Assembly: GCF_009914755.1 (NCBI RefSeq)
Contig: NC_060925.1
Origin: the human T2T-CHM13v2.0 reference genome, Homo sapiens
DNA length: 64,000 nucleotides
Strand: one strand, 5' to 3'
The translations under genes and the position numbers were made by a program. Shown piece by piece: positions 45,761 to 64,000 of the stretch; positions within the stretch are counted from its first letter, which is position 1; every line of letters starts with the position of its first letter. Under the pieces are notes generated by a model. That model searched no databases, had not been told where the DNA came from, and saw only the letters and a list, made by a program, of their open reading frames with translations.

Positions 45761-46591
45761 GGCACGGATATGCCTATCAATACTGGGTATATATGTATTG
45801 ATTTACACTGTAAGATCCATTTCTTACTATCGTAGTCTTCAAAAAAGCATGCAAGCTTTCTTAAATTTAGTCCCCAGTTATCTTGGGACTAAATCTGCAA
45901 TAAGCGTCATCAATGGAAAGAGAGGTTCTTTATGCATACACAAAAGGGGTGCTGTCCAGGTGCCGACCTGGGGGTGGAAGCAGACACTGGAATTACCTGG
46001 GCAATTTCTGCCACAGGTGAGTTTATCAGAAACTAACGTGGAAGACTACAGGTACCTGCAAAACCAGACGGTCCACTTTTTAGCCTCAGGCCACCATTGC
46101 TGCCTCACCTGAGGACATAGCAGTAGTGCCAAGCAAGGACTGGTCCAGCCAGGACCATCCCAGCTCAGGTCCCCTTGGCCTGGCATCCTCTCCTGGGGAC
46201 TCAGCCTCCCAAGGATCACGAGGATATTAGGTCCTAGGTTCCCTGCACCTGCCAATGGTAGGAAGATTCCTGGGCGTTCGTCAGGGGGCCCACTTTCTCC
46301 ATGTGATAGAGGACAGGTTCATGGTGTTAGGTTTCAGTTCCTGGAAACAGGATATCCTCCCTTCCCTTCTCTGGCCTGCCTGGGTGCAGTGGGCTGTGGA
46401 CAACAAGGATGGTCAGCAATTTTGTGGGTCTTACACACCTCAAGGGAGCTTCTGCAAAGGGATTTGGTAGAAATATTTCTTGAAGTAAACGGGCCGCTGG
46501 CAAGGGCTTGACAGTTAACCTGGGAATTTATGCACCGATGTTACAATCCCAGAGTACAAACCTGGGAGAGCCTGGCTAGACCCTCTCAGCC

Positions 46592-46808
46592 ACAAGTCAG
46601 CAAACGTGTCTGTAAAGGGTCAGAGAGTAAATGTGGAGGCTTTGCAGGCTATATGATCCCTGTCACAACTATTCAACTCTGCTACTGTAAAGCGAAAACA
46701 ACATAAACAGGAAGTAAGCACACAGGCAGCAGTGTGCCGATCAAACCGCACCCACAGCCACAGGCAGTGGGCCAGAGGTGACCCACTAGCCACAGCCGGC
46801 CGACCCTG
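46592..46808. mobile_element. MER58A-like hAT MITE
   Basis: CAGCAAAC...TCTGTAAAGGG...TCACAACTATTCAACTCTGC. Confidence 0.75.
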
Positions 46809-47212
46809 CTCCAGTACAATCCCTTCTTTTTATAGCTTCAGAAGTTGAGACCAAGGAGAGGAAAAGGCAGTCAAGCCCCCCAAGTACTCACTGCTGGGCA
46901 CGAGTTTCTGTTACACGGAGCCTCAGGCAAGAGAACCCTTTTGCTAAGTAATTTTGTGCTTCCTGAGAAATGGAATTCCTGGCCCCCTCTTGCCCTGGGC
47001 AGCAACTCAAAGTGAAGTTAAATTGCCGGGACATGGAGTTTGTCACCCTGAGTTCAGATTCTGGCTTTGTCACAAGTCGCCTAACATTTCTAAACTTCAG
47101 TTTCCTTTTCTGTAGAAAATGAACAATAAAAACGACTTCAGCCGTGATTGTACTCAAGTATGGAGCAGTAAAGAAAAGCAAGGTCAAGTATGGAAAGCCA
47201 AGCATATAGTAA

Positions 47213-47627
<415 letters not shown>

Positions 47628-47964
47628 TAACACATGTGAACTTACTTTGAAAACTGTAAAACACCATGTGAGACAGCATCATGTCCTAATCTTTCATACA
47701 CTCTTTCTGTTCAGATGTCTCCTTCCATGAATATACCACACCCATTCCCTCCTACATTCATTTGTCATGCATTTAGTGAGCACTTTGGAGCCAGAAACCT
47801 CTAGGCAGGTTGGAGTGTGCAGGATCTAGTCATATTGCTCCGCTCACCACTTGCAAAGACATTATCAATTCCCTTACATACTCAAGTCCTATCTCTCCTC
47901 CAGATTCAAGCATTAGTTTTTCCAGGCTGCTGCATTTTGCCTTCTACTGTCTATTGCTATTCTT

Positions 47965-48500
47965 ACCCTTCTGATATTTTCTGTATTACGAGGGCTGGTA
48001 CCCTGAAACTTGCATGTCTTATACTTTTTCTTTTTTTTTTTTTTTTTTTCTTATTTTTAGTAGAGACCGGGTCTTGCCATGTTCCCCAGGCTGGTCTTGA
48101 ACTCCTGGCCTTCAGCAATTGCATGTCTTTTACTTTCTTTACAGGAAGGTTCTAGTCTAGCTTCTGCCATTGAGAGGCACTGGCAGGTAGCTGATATTTG
48201 GAAGATGAAAGCAAAGGATAAAGCATTATTCTTCTCTAACAGCAGTGGTTAGGTGTGTGATCAGATGGCAGACACAGGGTTTGTAGTGTCTAGGAGAGCT
48301 CCAGTGAGTTACCTGCCTTAATTCAGCAGATAGCCGACTTCCTAGAGGTAGCATCCTACAATTCTAGCACTTTCTAATTTCCTCAAATCCAACAGCTATT
48401 CTTGACTTTTGTTCCTCCAACATTTCCAACAATTTTGTAATTGCATCATTCTTTATATTAAACCTTTTTTCTACTAAAATAAAGAGTGGTTATACTATTA
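47965..48500 (+). mobile_element. LTR33-like fragment containing a short Alu monomer (48025-48118, -)
   Basis: TTCTGCCATTGAGAGGCACTGGCAGG; Alu piece flanked by a TTGCATGTCTT TSD. Confidence 0.55.
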
Positions 48501-48759
48501 ATAATTATGAGTGCCCTTTTTTTTCAGGAATAAAACTTGCTATAAGCAAACAACTGCCTTTATGATTCTATTCCATTAGTGTCAGGCTTCTTAGCTCCCA
48601 AATTACGTTGTAAAGTCACTGAGCCCAGGGACGGTGTCTTATATTCCACGTCCACAGCATCAAGTCTAGGGCTGGGCATGTAGCTGATTAAATAACATGA
48701 GGCATCCAGGTGCCCAAGTCTGTCACCTGTCATTCAAAAAATATTCAGTGATCTCTTTC

Positions 48760-49200
48760 TTAGGTCAGGCTCCCAGGAAACAGACACTCAGGATGGAGGT
48801 TTGCCTGCAGAAAGCTGACTGAGGATCAACACCAGCGGAGGACGAGAAGGAAGCAAGGGTGGGCAGAGGAAGGAGTTCAGCTTTGATGCAGCCACAACAA
48901 AAGCCACAAATGTCCCCACAAGAAGACCTGGAACTAAGATGGCCATTTAGAGGTGTCCCTTCCCACTTATTGGCAAGGTGATATTTATCCCCCGTCGACC
49001 AGCCATTGAATGTGGGCTGCCCCCAGGAAGGAGAGAGGGCCTTAAGTGAGGCTCTTGACCACTAAGGGCAACTCCTAGAAAGAGCTTCAGTTAAAAGCCT
49101 TGAGCCAGAGCTGTCAGCTACACAGAGTTCCATTAGCTGTGGGAATCAATGTTCAGTCCTAAAGGAGGGTGCTGCATGGCATACCGCAGAATCCACTAGA
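48760..49200 (-). mobile_element. LTR16-like ERVL LTR
   Basis: GGTCAGGCTCCCAGGAAACAGACACT...GGGCAGAGGAAGGAGTT...TGATGCAG. Confidence 0.55.
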
Positions 49201-49234
49201 ATCCCATCTAGGCATCAGGCACTATATAATAACT

Positions 49235-49316
49235 AGTAGGTTGAATTATACGAAATTGCTCGTGTTCAACTGGTTTTACCTCCAAAATAGGCAATCGTAT
49301 ATGATTTGATCTAATA
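49235..49316. mobile_element. MADE2 mariner MITE
   Basis: TAGGTTGAATTATACGAAATTGC...GGCAATCGTATATGATTTGATCTAAT, an 80-bp palindromic element. Confidence 0.75.
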
Positions 49317-52300
49317 ACATTACTAAAGTCTGCTATATCTTACAAAATACTTTCATACAAATGGCTGTACTTGATCCTCATGTCAACCATGTAGGATGGG
49401 TGTTCTTATCAACAGTTTGTTATATCTGAGAAACCTAAGGCCCAAAGAGGCCTGGGGCCTTGCCCAGTCATACATCTGGTAACTTTGGAGCTTGTTTTAG
49501 ACACAAATTCTGACTTCAAATCCAGCAGCCTTTTTCTCACATAATACATGGAGGAAAAAACGTCTGTGGCCTTGAATTTCTTTCTCTCATAAGTCTTACT
49601 GCCACATGACCTCAAAATGAACCAACCATGCATCATATCTCCCTTTTTCGTAGTTCTAACCAGACCCTCTCAGCCAAAGAAGATTCCATTCCCAGCTGGA
49701 AATGCTGTCTCGGAGCAGGAATGAAGAGCCTCTCTCATTGGAATTGCCCATGAGGACAAATGCACCCCCCACTTCCGCTATCTGTAGAATCTACAGTGCT
49801 CTTTGCACCTCTGTTATGCCCAGGGGAGGCCCATTTCCCTGAGGAGGAGAAGAGACTTCAAACTGCAAAAGCCTGGATCACAGCTGCTTTGAGAGGTGAA
49901 TATATACATAACTTCCCATCACTAAGCAAATGAGCAATCTGCTTCTGGTCCTGGTCTTTCTCAGCTCCTGCTCCAACAGACTATGTCCTGCAGCGACACT
50001 AGAAAAACCACAACAGGTGGAGCAGGATTCTTGGGGAAACCCAACTGCAAAATGCATGAGCTGCATTGTTCATCTCAGGTGTTGTCAACTGCCCCAGGGT
50101 GGAATACACACAACCCCCATCTGGGTAGAGCAGAAAGCACACAAGGGTCTTTGGAAGCAGTTGGTTGCTAGAGGCCGGATAAAGCATTGTTCTGGAGTGC
50201 ACTGTCTCCTCCAAGCCAATGAGAAGCAGTTTTTACACATGCCAGTAGCTTGGGGTTGGGTCTCAGAGGCCAACAACGAATAAGCCTTTACCTCCATGAT
50301 GTCATTGCTTCCAATGTGGAATCTCATTGGCTGAAGGGCTTGTCACTCACTCACCAATGCTTTACAGGGATGGAATTCTGTGGAGTCCAAGGTTTTCTCA
50401 CATAATGGGAGGCTCCCTTAATCCCTGGTTGAATTTGGCTGCTGTTTTTCTCTCCTACAGCTCAGTTCTGAATTATACACACAGCTTGTGGGTATCTTGG
50501 GGTTTTGTGCATTTTACTTTTACCAGCATATAAAAGCCCCTCAATTAGTAGTCTTGCCAAAACAGTAAATATTTTCTGGACATTAATGCTGCATAACTTT
50601 CAGAGATTCCTGCTGTTGTTTTTATTACCCCCATTTTGTCCGTGAGAAAGGACAGCCTGGAGCAGAAAAACTTCCCAGTCGCATTGATTCTAGGGTGAGA
50701 ACTGTGAGCCTCAGGATACAGATTTTAAAAGCAGAAAGCAAAAAAAGGAGGCACACAGGTCTAAGCTGTGGCTCTTCCAGTATTTTCTGGGCTGCTGATC
50801 CAACGACTCCCACTTCACGTTGTGCATTAACTCTGCGGCCTGCTGCCCCACCCAGGCCTGTGCCCCCGACAGGGGCCTGTGTGCAGGACAGTATTGCAGG
50901 AGAAGCGTGTTTTAGGGCCAGTTGCATGATCTGGAGCAAGTTAGCATGCCTGTGTGAACTCCAGCTTCCACACTGTAAAATGAGCCTAACAGGGTCTCCC
51001 TGACAAAGCGGTTGCCAGGACTAGAGGAGGTCACTTGCCTGAGTCCCAAGCACAAAGTTGGTGCTCAATAAACAGCAACTGGCTTCAGGGTGGTGTCTGT
51101 CCCAGACAAATGCTCTTCAGGGGTGCTGAGGGTTCCTCCAGTCCATAACAGGACAGCAGAGAGTGCCTGCAGGAGACTGTGGCGAGGTGGCTTCCTGGTG
51201 CTGGCCTCGGGCAGAGCGGAGGACCACTTATCCAAGAACACAGACTCAGAATTGCCCATGTGAACGTCATAAGTTTCTCCAGGACAGTGGGGCCCCACCA
51301 GCGTGGGGGTCACACTTCTTACAAAGGTTGTATGTGGAACACACTGTTTTCCATCCAAGCAATGTGCCAGCCAGAACTTCACTGAGCCAGCGGCCTGGGG
51401 AACTGGAGACATTTCTCTTCTCTGGCACATATGGGGGCTCCCTACACTTGAGAGAAGTGGGAAAGGAGTAAAGAAAAAAATTCCTGGACTTTTATAACCA
51501 AAAAATATACTTCTGTTTAGTGTGGCATTAGGTCTGGACACCAGAAAACCCACCAGGGATATGTGTGCTGGATGTGTACCTTTCATTTAACTTGAGGACA
51601 AAACGAGGCAACGTCATTCCAGAGAAGCAGTGCAGAGATAAGCCCCAGCCAGGGCCTTTTGGGAGAGGAAGGAGTGGGTGGAGGGGGGGCACTGCCTGGT
51701 GGGTGACGAAGGGGCTCCATGATCAAACACTGCAGTTCTCCCACTCTCTCTGCCTTTCCCCTCCCTCTGAGCCCCTTACCCAGTCACCAGTACAACTCCC
51801 CTGCCAGCCCCCCACCAGCTTATGCCACTCAAAGGAACAAAACAATGCTCACAGAGTCAGCTCAGATCACACAGTCAGCTCGGAAACAGGAAAGCCTGCT
51901 AGCTTTTTGCCCAGGGTGAAGGAGAAACGAAGTAGAGAGTGCAGCCTGGGCCCCACTGCTCCATATTCACCACCCGTCAGTGCTCAGGGGGCTGAAATGT
52001 GCAAATACAGCACCTCTCAGGCCGGGCGGGTACAAACCATAAGGACAAAGTGACGGCATGTCGCACTCAGCCTCTGAAACTCAGCTGAAAATTCTAGAAT
52101 GCTCTCTTTAACACAATCATCTGAATGCTACGAAGGAGCTTTGGTAAGGTTCCCAAGTCCTATAATTAGTCATGCTTTGCTGCAAGGCTGTTTTCAATTT
52201 ACAGCGCTGCTCACACTCAAGCATGCCCTCACATTTGGCACGTGTATATCTGAGTACCTTCTGCCTCTATAAATGTGTCTCTTAGAGGCTTACTACTTGA

Positions 52301-53409
52301 GAAGCTTAACTCCTTGCTCAGTGGAGACACAGAAATGCTGGCAGCCGGCTTAGGGGCTCTCCTCCACCGTAAGAGCCCCGTTTACTCCCCACTGTCCTGA
52401 GCACACAGGCTCTGTCATAGCCGTCACCCAAGCAATGAAGTAGTGCCTCTTTTTTTTCCCACAGATGAGGATTCTGATAGCTGGAGAAGAACTTTCAAGA
52501 CAACACAAATGCTCAGTGCTGGAATTGCGATTTCAGCTTGGGCCTGTCTGGCTTCTTTTCTGCTACATTACCTCAAATCCAGAGATGGAGCAACGGTTGC
52601 TCCTTAACGCTCTATCACCCAGCCTCCCTGGGGAGCACAAATCCTGTTTCCAAGCCAGGCTGGGACTGGATGGAGAGCCACTCAGGGCTCTCCCACTTTG
52701 CAGCAATTATGGGTAAACCATGACTTGCGAACAGCTCCCCTTCCACACTTCTGTCACTGTTGCTGACATGTGAGTGGCGGCCATGCACCAACCAGAGGGC
52801 CAGCTGGGCGAGCTGCAGTCGCTGGTGCGTCCCCTGGCCTCTGCATCAGCAGCAGGAGAGAGCCCTTTAGATGGTCTGAACCAAGTGTCCCCTTCCCTCC
52901 TCCTTATCGTCTTTGGCTGAATTTCCCCAAGGTCTTCACTCACCTCAACCCCCAACCCTAAGCATCCCCTCCTGGCACACTCCTGCAGTGGCCAATATGC
53001 TCAGACCCTTCGCCAAGTCTTGAGCCTGGCTCTGAATTCCATAACTCAAAAGGTAGGTGGACAGCCCTCCTCAGCATTCTGTGGTTGACATAAGTGCCCA
53101 CCAGGCCCTCCACCTTGATGAGCTGAAGAAGGAAGCCAGTGAGATGCTTCCTACACCAAGAGATGGGGCATGAGAGGCTCTCACAGTGCAGGCCTGGCAG
53201 CAGTGCAGATTTCTTACAGGGCATCTGCCCCTCTTCTCTCTGGACCCTGAGCAGCTCTCACTGGAACCATTGCCAGGAACAGCCAGGGTTTATCATTTCA
53301 AACAACCAACCTTCACCCCTTCACTGAGCATCAATCACAGACTCAATGCTGCATAGGAGGTACACTGACCCTCAGCTGGCCTGTTAACCTGAATTTAAGA
53401 GAACATGTA

Positions 53410-53689
53410 GGCCAAGGCAGGAGAATTGCGTGAGGCCAGGAGTTCGAAACCAGCCTGGGCAACATAGCAAGACTCTCATCTCTACAAAAAATCTAGAAAA
53501 TCGGCCAGGTGTGGTGGCATATGCCTGTAGTGTCAGCTACTCAGAAGGCTGAGGCAGTAGAATCACTTGAATCCAGGAGTTCAAGATGACAGAGAGCTAT
53601 GATTGTACCACTACACTCCGGCCTGGGTGATGGAGCAAGACTCTGTCTCTAAAAGAGTGAGAGCGAGAGAAAGAGAGAGAGAGAGAGGG
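53410..53689 (+). mobile_element. AluJ with a (GA)n tail
   Basis: 5'-truncated dimer. Confidence 0.85.
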
Positions 53690-54486
53690 AGGATGCAAAT
53701 CACTAAGCGCATGTGGACAGGAGCTCTGCAGCCCACCAGGTGAACTTCCAAGGTAGACTGGCTGAATGAGCAGCAAGTCTCCTCAGACACTCAGCTGTGG
53801 CCCTGCTCCTCCCTCTAGGCAGACATTAGTTTCTGCTGCAGAGAATAACAACACACAGTGCAAGATCACCACGTTACAGCTTTTCCCAGGGCAGAATGTT
53901 GCATGCTGGGTGCCACAGAAGAACAGCCTTTCCCTCCCATCTATCAGAGCATGAATATCAAACATTGATCTTGTCCTCTCCTTGACCAGGATAATTCAAT
54001 TCTGTTCTCAATGTTGGCTCCACTTCAGCCTCTGGAAGGAACTTCATCATGGACTGTCGGATCCAGCCAGCAGGCACTGGAAGTGCCAAGGATCTAGGTC
54101 ATGATGTTTTTTCTATGGAGATGCTGCAGCAATTAATTCCTGGTCAGACCCCTACTAAAACCACAGGAAATCACTGCCATCTTCAGTGTACTGGACTGTG
54201 AATGGCACTCATGTAAAGGTATTTTGCTGAATTCTATATGGTTCTACACATAATAATTCTAATTTATTACACTCTCAATTCCCCAGCAGCAGAGGTGGCA
54301 CACACTTGCCGAGTGTCAATGCAATGCTGATGGTTGCCCAGTGACAATGCAAATTAAGGATGAACTCCAGCCTTCTAAAGATTCTACCATGTCATCTACA
54401 AGTCCTTCCTAAAGAGTTTTCCTTAAATGAGCAAGACTCTTCAACCACTTTCCAAGTCTCTTGATTGTGGCCAAAAGACAAATTCC

Positions 54487-54621
54487 AGGAAGCCAAGGTG
54501 GGAAGATTGCTTGACGTCAGGAGTTTGAGGCTGCAGTGAGCTATAATTGTGCCACTGCACTCCAGCCTGGGCAACAGAGAAAGACCCCATCTCGAAAAAA
54601 TGAAAAGAAAAGAAAATAAAA
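54487..54621 (+). mobile_element. Alu right monomer (FRAM-like)
   Basis: Single arm with A tail. Confidence 0.8.
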
Positions 54622-55019
54622 TTAAGTGAAGAAAGGAGCTCTGGCTTCCATTCTCACCTCTAATTGGAAACAACGAAGAGAGTTTCCATAATGAGTCTGG
54701 GTCATTTCCCCTCCTTGTGGCGCATAGGTCTAGCAAGGAACCAGTTGGGCAGGATAGCTTATCAGACCTAACTCCCTTGTCCCCAGCTCTCTTACCTGAC
54801 TGGAGCACCCTGCCTGCAGTTGGACATAGTGAAGTCACCAAGTCTAGGAATTATCTAGACACAGGGAGTTCTAAGTAATTTATTTATTTAACAAACATTT
54901 ACCTAACACTTACTAAGTTCCAGGTCTCATCTAAGCACTTTACATGTGCTAGTTCCTTGAGCCTCAAAAGAGTCTTATTAGGTAGAGCCTATCATAGTCT
55001 TCATTTTAAAAATAATGGA

Positions 55020-55870
55020 TCTCCTGTCACCACTCCTTTTCAATATCATACTGGAAGTCCTAGTTAATGCAACAAGAAAAAAAAGGAAATAAAAAGTATA
55101 AGAATAAGAAGAAAGAAATAAAACTGGTTTTGCTTGCAGATGACGTGATGTCTGTGTAGAAAATCTGAAAGAACAGAAACAACAAAAATCTGAAACTAAA
55201 ACCCAACTATAGCAAGGTTGCAAGATACAAGATTAATATACAAAAGTCAATTGCTTTCCTATGACTCAGCAATAAACAAGTGGAATTTGATATTAAAAAC
55301 ATAATACTGTTTATAGTACTGTGAAGCAAGTTTACTGTGCAATGATTATTTGCCCAAGTCCAGTGAGACAGAACACTCATGCATGCAAGTTACACAAAAC
55401 AGGTTTATTACTCACAGATAGGCAGTAAGGGACAACAGAAGCCTAGGATTCATGACAAGCCAGTCCCCCAAAGCTCAGAAAAGCTGCCCAGGGTAGATGA
55501 AGACTCGACTGCACGTGACCCCACTTGCACCACAGCCAAGGAACCCCAGAAAGCAGCCTACCTTGGGTTTTATCCTCCCCAAGGGAACACAACATGCTAG
55601 ACTAAGGCACTGAAGGACATCCTGCTCTTAGGGGGAACAGGAACGAAGCCTGACTGTTCCAACCAGCTCCTCCTCATCTTGGCATGTTGTACTCCCAGCA
55701 TAAGAACTCCCAGCATTGAGAACTCCAAACAAGAAAGGGGGAAGAACTGGGTCAGTCTGAGGCCATGTGAAAAACTTCCCAGCAATTAGCACCCTCCAAA
55801 ATGTAACACTTAGGTACAAATCTAACAAAATATGTGCAAGATCTATCTGAGGAAAACTACAAAAAAAAAA
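55020..55870 (+). mobile_element. L1 ORF2 fragment interrupted by an antisense LTR (~55320-55780, MER54-like)
   Basis: CTGGAAGTCCTAG...TTTGCTTGCAGATGAC...GCAAGGTTGCAAGATACAAG; L1 resumes at ATCTAACAAAATATGTGCAAGATCT. Confidence 0.7.
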
Positions 55871-55882
55871 AATGGAAAAGTG

Positions 55883-56177
55883 AGGCCAAGCTCGGTGGCT
55901 CATGCGTGTAATCCCAGCACTTTGGGAGACCAAGGCAGGCAGATCATGAGGTCAGAGGATCAAGACCATCCTGGCTAACATGGTGAAACCCCATCTCTAC
56001 TAAAAATACAAAAATACTAGCTGGGCGTGGTGGCGGGCACCTGTAGTCCCAGATACTCAGAAGGCTGAGGCAGGAGAACAGCATGAACCCAGGAGGTGGA
56101 GCTTGCAGTGAGCCAAGATAGCGCCACTGCACTCCAGCCTGAGCAACACAGCGAGACTCCTTCTCAAGAAAAAAAAA
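55883..56177 (+). mobile_element. AluY
   Basis: GGCTAACATGG and GGAGCTTGCAG. Confidence 0.88.
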
Positions 56178-56342
56178 TGGAAAAATAAGGCAACGAGAGG
56201 TTGAGTCACTTGCCTAAGTTCACACAGCTTCTATCAGGGAAGGGGTGGGTGGGTAGGATATGAAACTACAGAGCCTGACTCTGACATCCGTGGTTATAAC
56301 CCCATACCATGCTGCCTTGCTGGTGAGGTTTATAGGTATTTA

Positions 56343-56849
56343 TGCTGTCCATGAAACAAAAAAGTCAAGCTTTTAAAGAATTAGTTTTATTATATTGAGA
56401 GGTATTGCTGAGAACAACAGACCAAGGCCTGTCAGACTGGCCCATCAGACTGCTCCGGTACAGTATTTCGGCCCACTGCTTATATACAGGTCCTGGGGGT
56501 TCAGGACATGCAAAATTGCATCAGATTTGCTCAGAAGTTACATTGAAGCAAAATCACATCAAAGTCTGGGTGTAAAAGTACATCTGGTTACAAATTACAG
56601 AAGCGTAACCACTAGCCTCGTCACTCCTTATCTTATGTGGAGGAAAAGGCAAGGACTAGGGTCATTTATCTTTTAAGGAATGTAGTGATTCAGGCAAGAG
56701 GGGTGGGGGACTGTGTGCTCTATCCTGTTTTGTCTTTAAAGAATCTTTCCAGAGAACTGAACCTCGTCACAGAGCCAGGGGCTTTGAGAAATTCTGCTGG
56801 CAAGCAGAAACTAGCAAACATGGCTTCTTACGCTTGCTACTTTGTCTCA
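56343..56849 (-). mobile_element. MER67-like solo LTR
   Basis: Reverse strand starts TGAGACAAAGTAGCAAGCGTAAGAAGCCATGTTTGC. Confidence 0.65.
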
Positions 56850-57104
56850 CCATGCCCAAGGCACCAAGGACTTAGACTCTACCCTGCTCTCCAGTGATTC
56901 TAAGCCATCAGGTATGAGAGCTGGGAAGGATGGCTGGATTGGTTCATCAAGCTCAGCATTCGCATTTAATTGATGAGGAAGCTGAGGCCTTCAGAAAGGA
57001 ACTTCCCCGAGGTCACTACATAGCCACAGATCCAGTTTAGATCCTAGAAAGAGCACATATGCTTGCAGAACACCTGCAATGCTGATGAAACCCTTGTACT
57101 GGTG

Positions 57105-57740
<636 letters not shown>

Positions 57741-57946
57741 GGAAGAGTAAACTGAAATGAGAATTGGCAAACACTTAACAGTCTGCCCTTTATATACATT
57801 ATCTCATTAAACCTTTGTAGCACTGTAGGGGAGCATTATCCCCACTTGTATAGTTGAGAAAACTGAAGCTCAGGGTGATTAAATAAACTGCCCCATCTTC
57901 ACCATATTAGTGGATAGTGGAGTCACAATTAAAATTGAAGTCTTGG

Positions 57947-58292
57947 GACTGGGTGTGGTGGCTCATACCTGTAATTCCAGCACTTTGGGAGGCCGAGGCA
58001 AGTGGATCACTTGAGACCAGGAGTTCCAGTCCAGCCTGGCCAACATGGCGAAACCTTATCTCTACTGAAAATACAAAAATTAGCCAGGCACAGTGGCAGG
58101 CACCTATAATCCCAGATACTCAGGAGGCTGAGGTAGGAGAATCACTTGAACCCAGGAGGTTCAAGTTCAGAACCTCTGAACCCAGGAGGCAGAGGTTGCA
58201 ATAAGCCAAGATCACACCACTGCACTCCGGCCTGGGTGACAGAACCAGACTCCGTCTCAATACATACATACATACATACATACATACATACA
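57947..58292 (+). mobile_element. AluS with an internal templated insertion and (TACA)n tail
   Basis: Dimer with an extra 30 bp at ~58160-58189. Confidence 0.88.
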
Positions 58293-58775
58293 TTTGAAGT
58301 ATTTAGGTCTCCACAACTCTCTGTTCTTCGTACCACACCAAATGTGCTCTACATGAATTTCTTGACTCCTATCTTAGTATTCTTTTCACTACTCCATTCT
58401 ACTATGTGAGAGTAAAGATAGACAGATGTATCCTCCCCAGCTTGTAGCCAAGGATGTTGCTATTCTCTCAAATGCTATAAGTGAGGGTATAAATTAGCAA
58501 AATGTCTTTAGAGAGAAGCTTGTTAATATCTATGAAAATTATAAATGTGCATATTTTTGAACTAGCAATTATATTTCCAGGAAATTCTCCTACAGATAAA
58601 TTTTCAAAAGTGTAAAATGACATTTTGCATAAAAATATTGATTGAAGTATTGTCTGTAACAGCAAAAGAACTGAAAAAAAAAAGTCTGAAAAGAGGAGAC
58701 TCCTAAAATAAATGCTGAAACATCCATTTAGTAAAATACAACAAAAACAATGCCCCCTTAAAAATAATGTGAGAT

Positions 58776-59097
<322 letters not shown>

Positions 59098-59253
59098 CTA
59101 CATGCCAACAGGGAAAATGTATGCTGCATGTGGATAAGTGGAAAAAAGCAATTATATATGACATTATTTCATTTGTGCAAAAAAAAGGAAGTATATGCAT
59201 ATATATGCATACAAAGTATTTGAAAGCATTCCCAAGAAAGCATTAAAAAGTAG

Positions 59254-59592
<339 letters not shown>

Positions 59593-60549
59593 ACTTAATA
59601 ACTTTTGACTATTAATGTTTATGATAAGCACAAATTACTTCTATAAATGAAAGCACTATTTTAAAAATATGCTATTGTTGCCAGCTCTGTAACTGCATGC
59701 AATGTTCTGATTCAACCTGATATCTGACAATGTCTTGCAGGTATAATCTGAATATATATAAATTAAATATATAATTTAAATACATATATTTAAATTCACT
59801 CTGCTGATTGCCAAATGCAGAAGTGCCTAAGTCTCCTCCTTTGGTGAGTCTGGAATGGCTGTAAAGGACAGGCCTTGGTGGAGGTGAATTAACACATTTC
59901 CACATCAGCTACGTAGGAGCTCACCCAACTGCTCTGCAGATTAGCTGCCGCTGGCTCACACTTTCTCCTTGGACATCTTCAGGACAGCCCCAAAGCTACC
60001 AGAAACACTCGGAACTTGACTTAAAAAGAGCCTTGAAGCCCACGTCAGCTTCACAACGGCCCAAACCTATGCCAGAGCTTTCTGGAGCAATAACTACATT
60101 AAAGGGGATTGATGTATATACACTCACACACATATCTGCATGTATTCATGTGCTATATGCTGGGCACTACACTAAGACATTTAACTACAGTATTGAGGAA
60201 TTATAGACAGGTTAGCATTGCCTAATTATAGAGAGATCTGGAAACTAGCTGGTGAGCCCTGTTTTGATGACAGTGGAAGCCTATGGCTAGGGAAGTGATA
60301 TGGTGTGATGAGAGTACCCTTTGGGGAAGCTTGATTCTGGCTGTGGCCTGCAGTGAGCTGTGGGCAAGGAGGAAAGAAGGAATCTATTGGTTCTGACAAT
60401 GAGAAACTGATCCCATGGTTTAAGAAAGTCATCAAATGTGTTCTCCTCTGCCAAGGCCCCAGGCCAACAGGCATATAAAAAGTATAATAATTCAGACTAT
60501 ACGAAATGCAATAATTCATTAAATAGGAAGAAATAGATCTCTAATATAA

Positions 60550-63200
<2,651 letters not shown>

Positions 63201-63211
63201 GATAACATTGA

Positions 63212-63559
<348 letters not shown>

Positions 63560-64000
63560 TAAGTGTTAGAGAAAAATAAACAAATAAGAAAGAAGTAAAT
63601 GCAGTCCCTTCTGGAGAAGAGAGGAGGAAGAATTGAGACTTTGCATGGAGCCAGAAGAGGAAGCCTGGAGGTGACAGTGAAGAGGCGTCCCCCACCCAGC
63701 CACAGACAGTGACCACCAGGGAACAAAAAGAGGAAGGCTGTAGCTGTTCTGGAAACCTGATGATTCCAAAGGTGAGATGGGAGGGACCTGAGAGTGGATT
63801 TCCAACTATTTCTCTCGTGAGGCCTTGAGATAAAAGCTTTGAGTTATTTTATTAGTAGTACTATTATTACTATTATTATTGGGACCCACAGTTTGATTTT
63901 TATCTGCAGAAAAATACATTCTCTGATAGTCAGGAATTCCCTCCCCAACCTCGCCATCTGGAGCCAAACTTTCTAAACGCTATTTCCCATTCACTTCTTC

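Noticed and set aside
59745-59798. AT-rich palindrome
   Set aside because: Low-complexity AT sequence is trivially self-complementary

Overview
Primate (human-like) repeat-rich genomic DNA, probably intronic, with no convincing full-length protein-coding gene. Almost all ORFs in the track are Alu, L1, LTR or simple-repeat artefacts. The centrepiece is a two-LTR HERV-H provirus (20877-26798, + strand, LTR7 resembling LTR7up, internally deleted type) inserted into the right arm of an AluSq/Sp, with a duplicated U5/PBS junction and a 42-bp leader minisatellite. Just upstream is a 111-bp inverted repeat of apparently non-repetitive DNA (110/111 identical, 17553-17663 vs 20133-20243) bracketing a 2.5-kb spacer with old Alus; this is the least-explained structure in the window. 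Also present: about 35 Alus, nested MaLR LTRs, several solo LTRs, Tigger/MER/MADE DNA transposon fossils, old L1 fragments mostly on the + strand, a 24-nt U6 retrocopy with a perfect 18-bp TSD, and candidate minus-strand exons suggesting an unidentified host transcript running right to left. Repeat subfamily names come from recalled consensus sequences, and many repeat boundaries are approximate.
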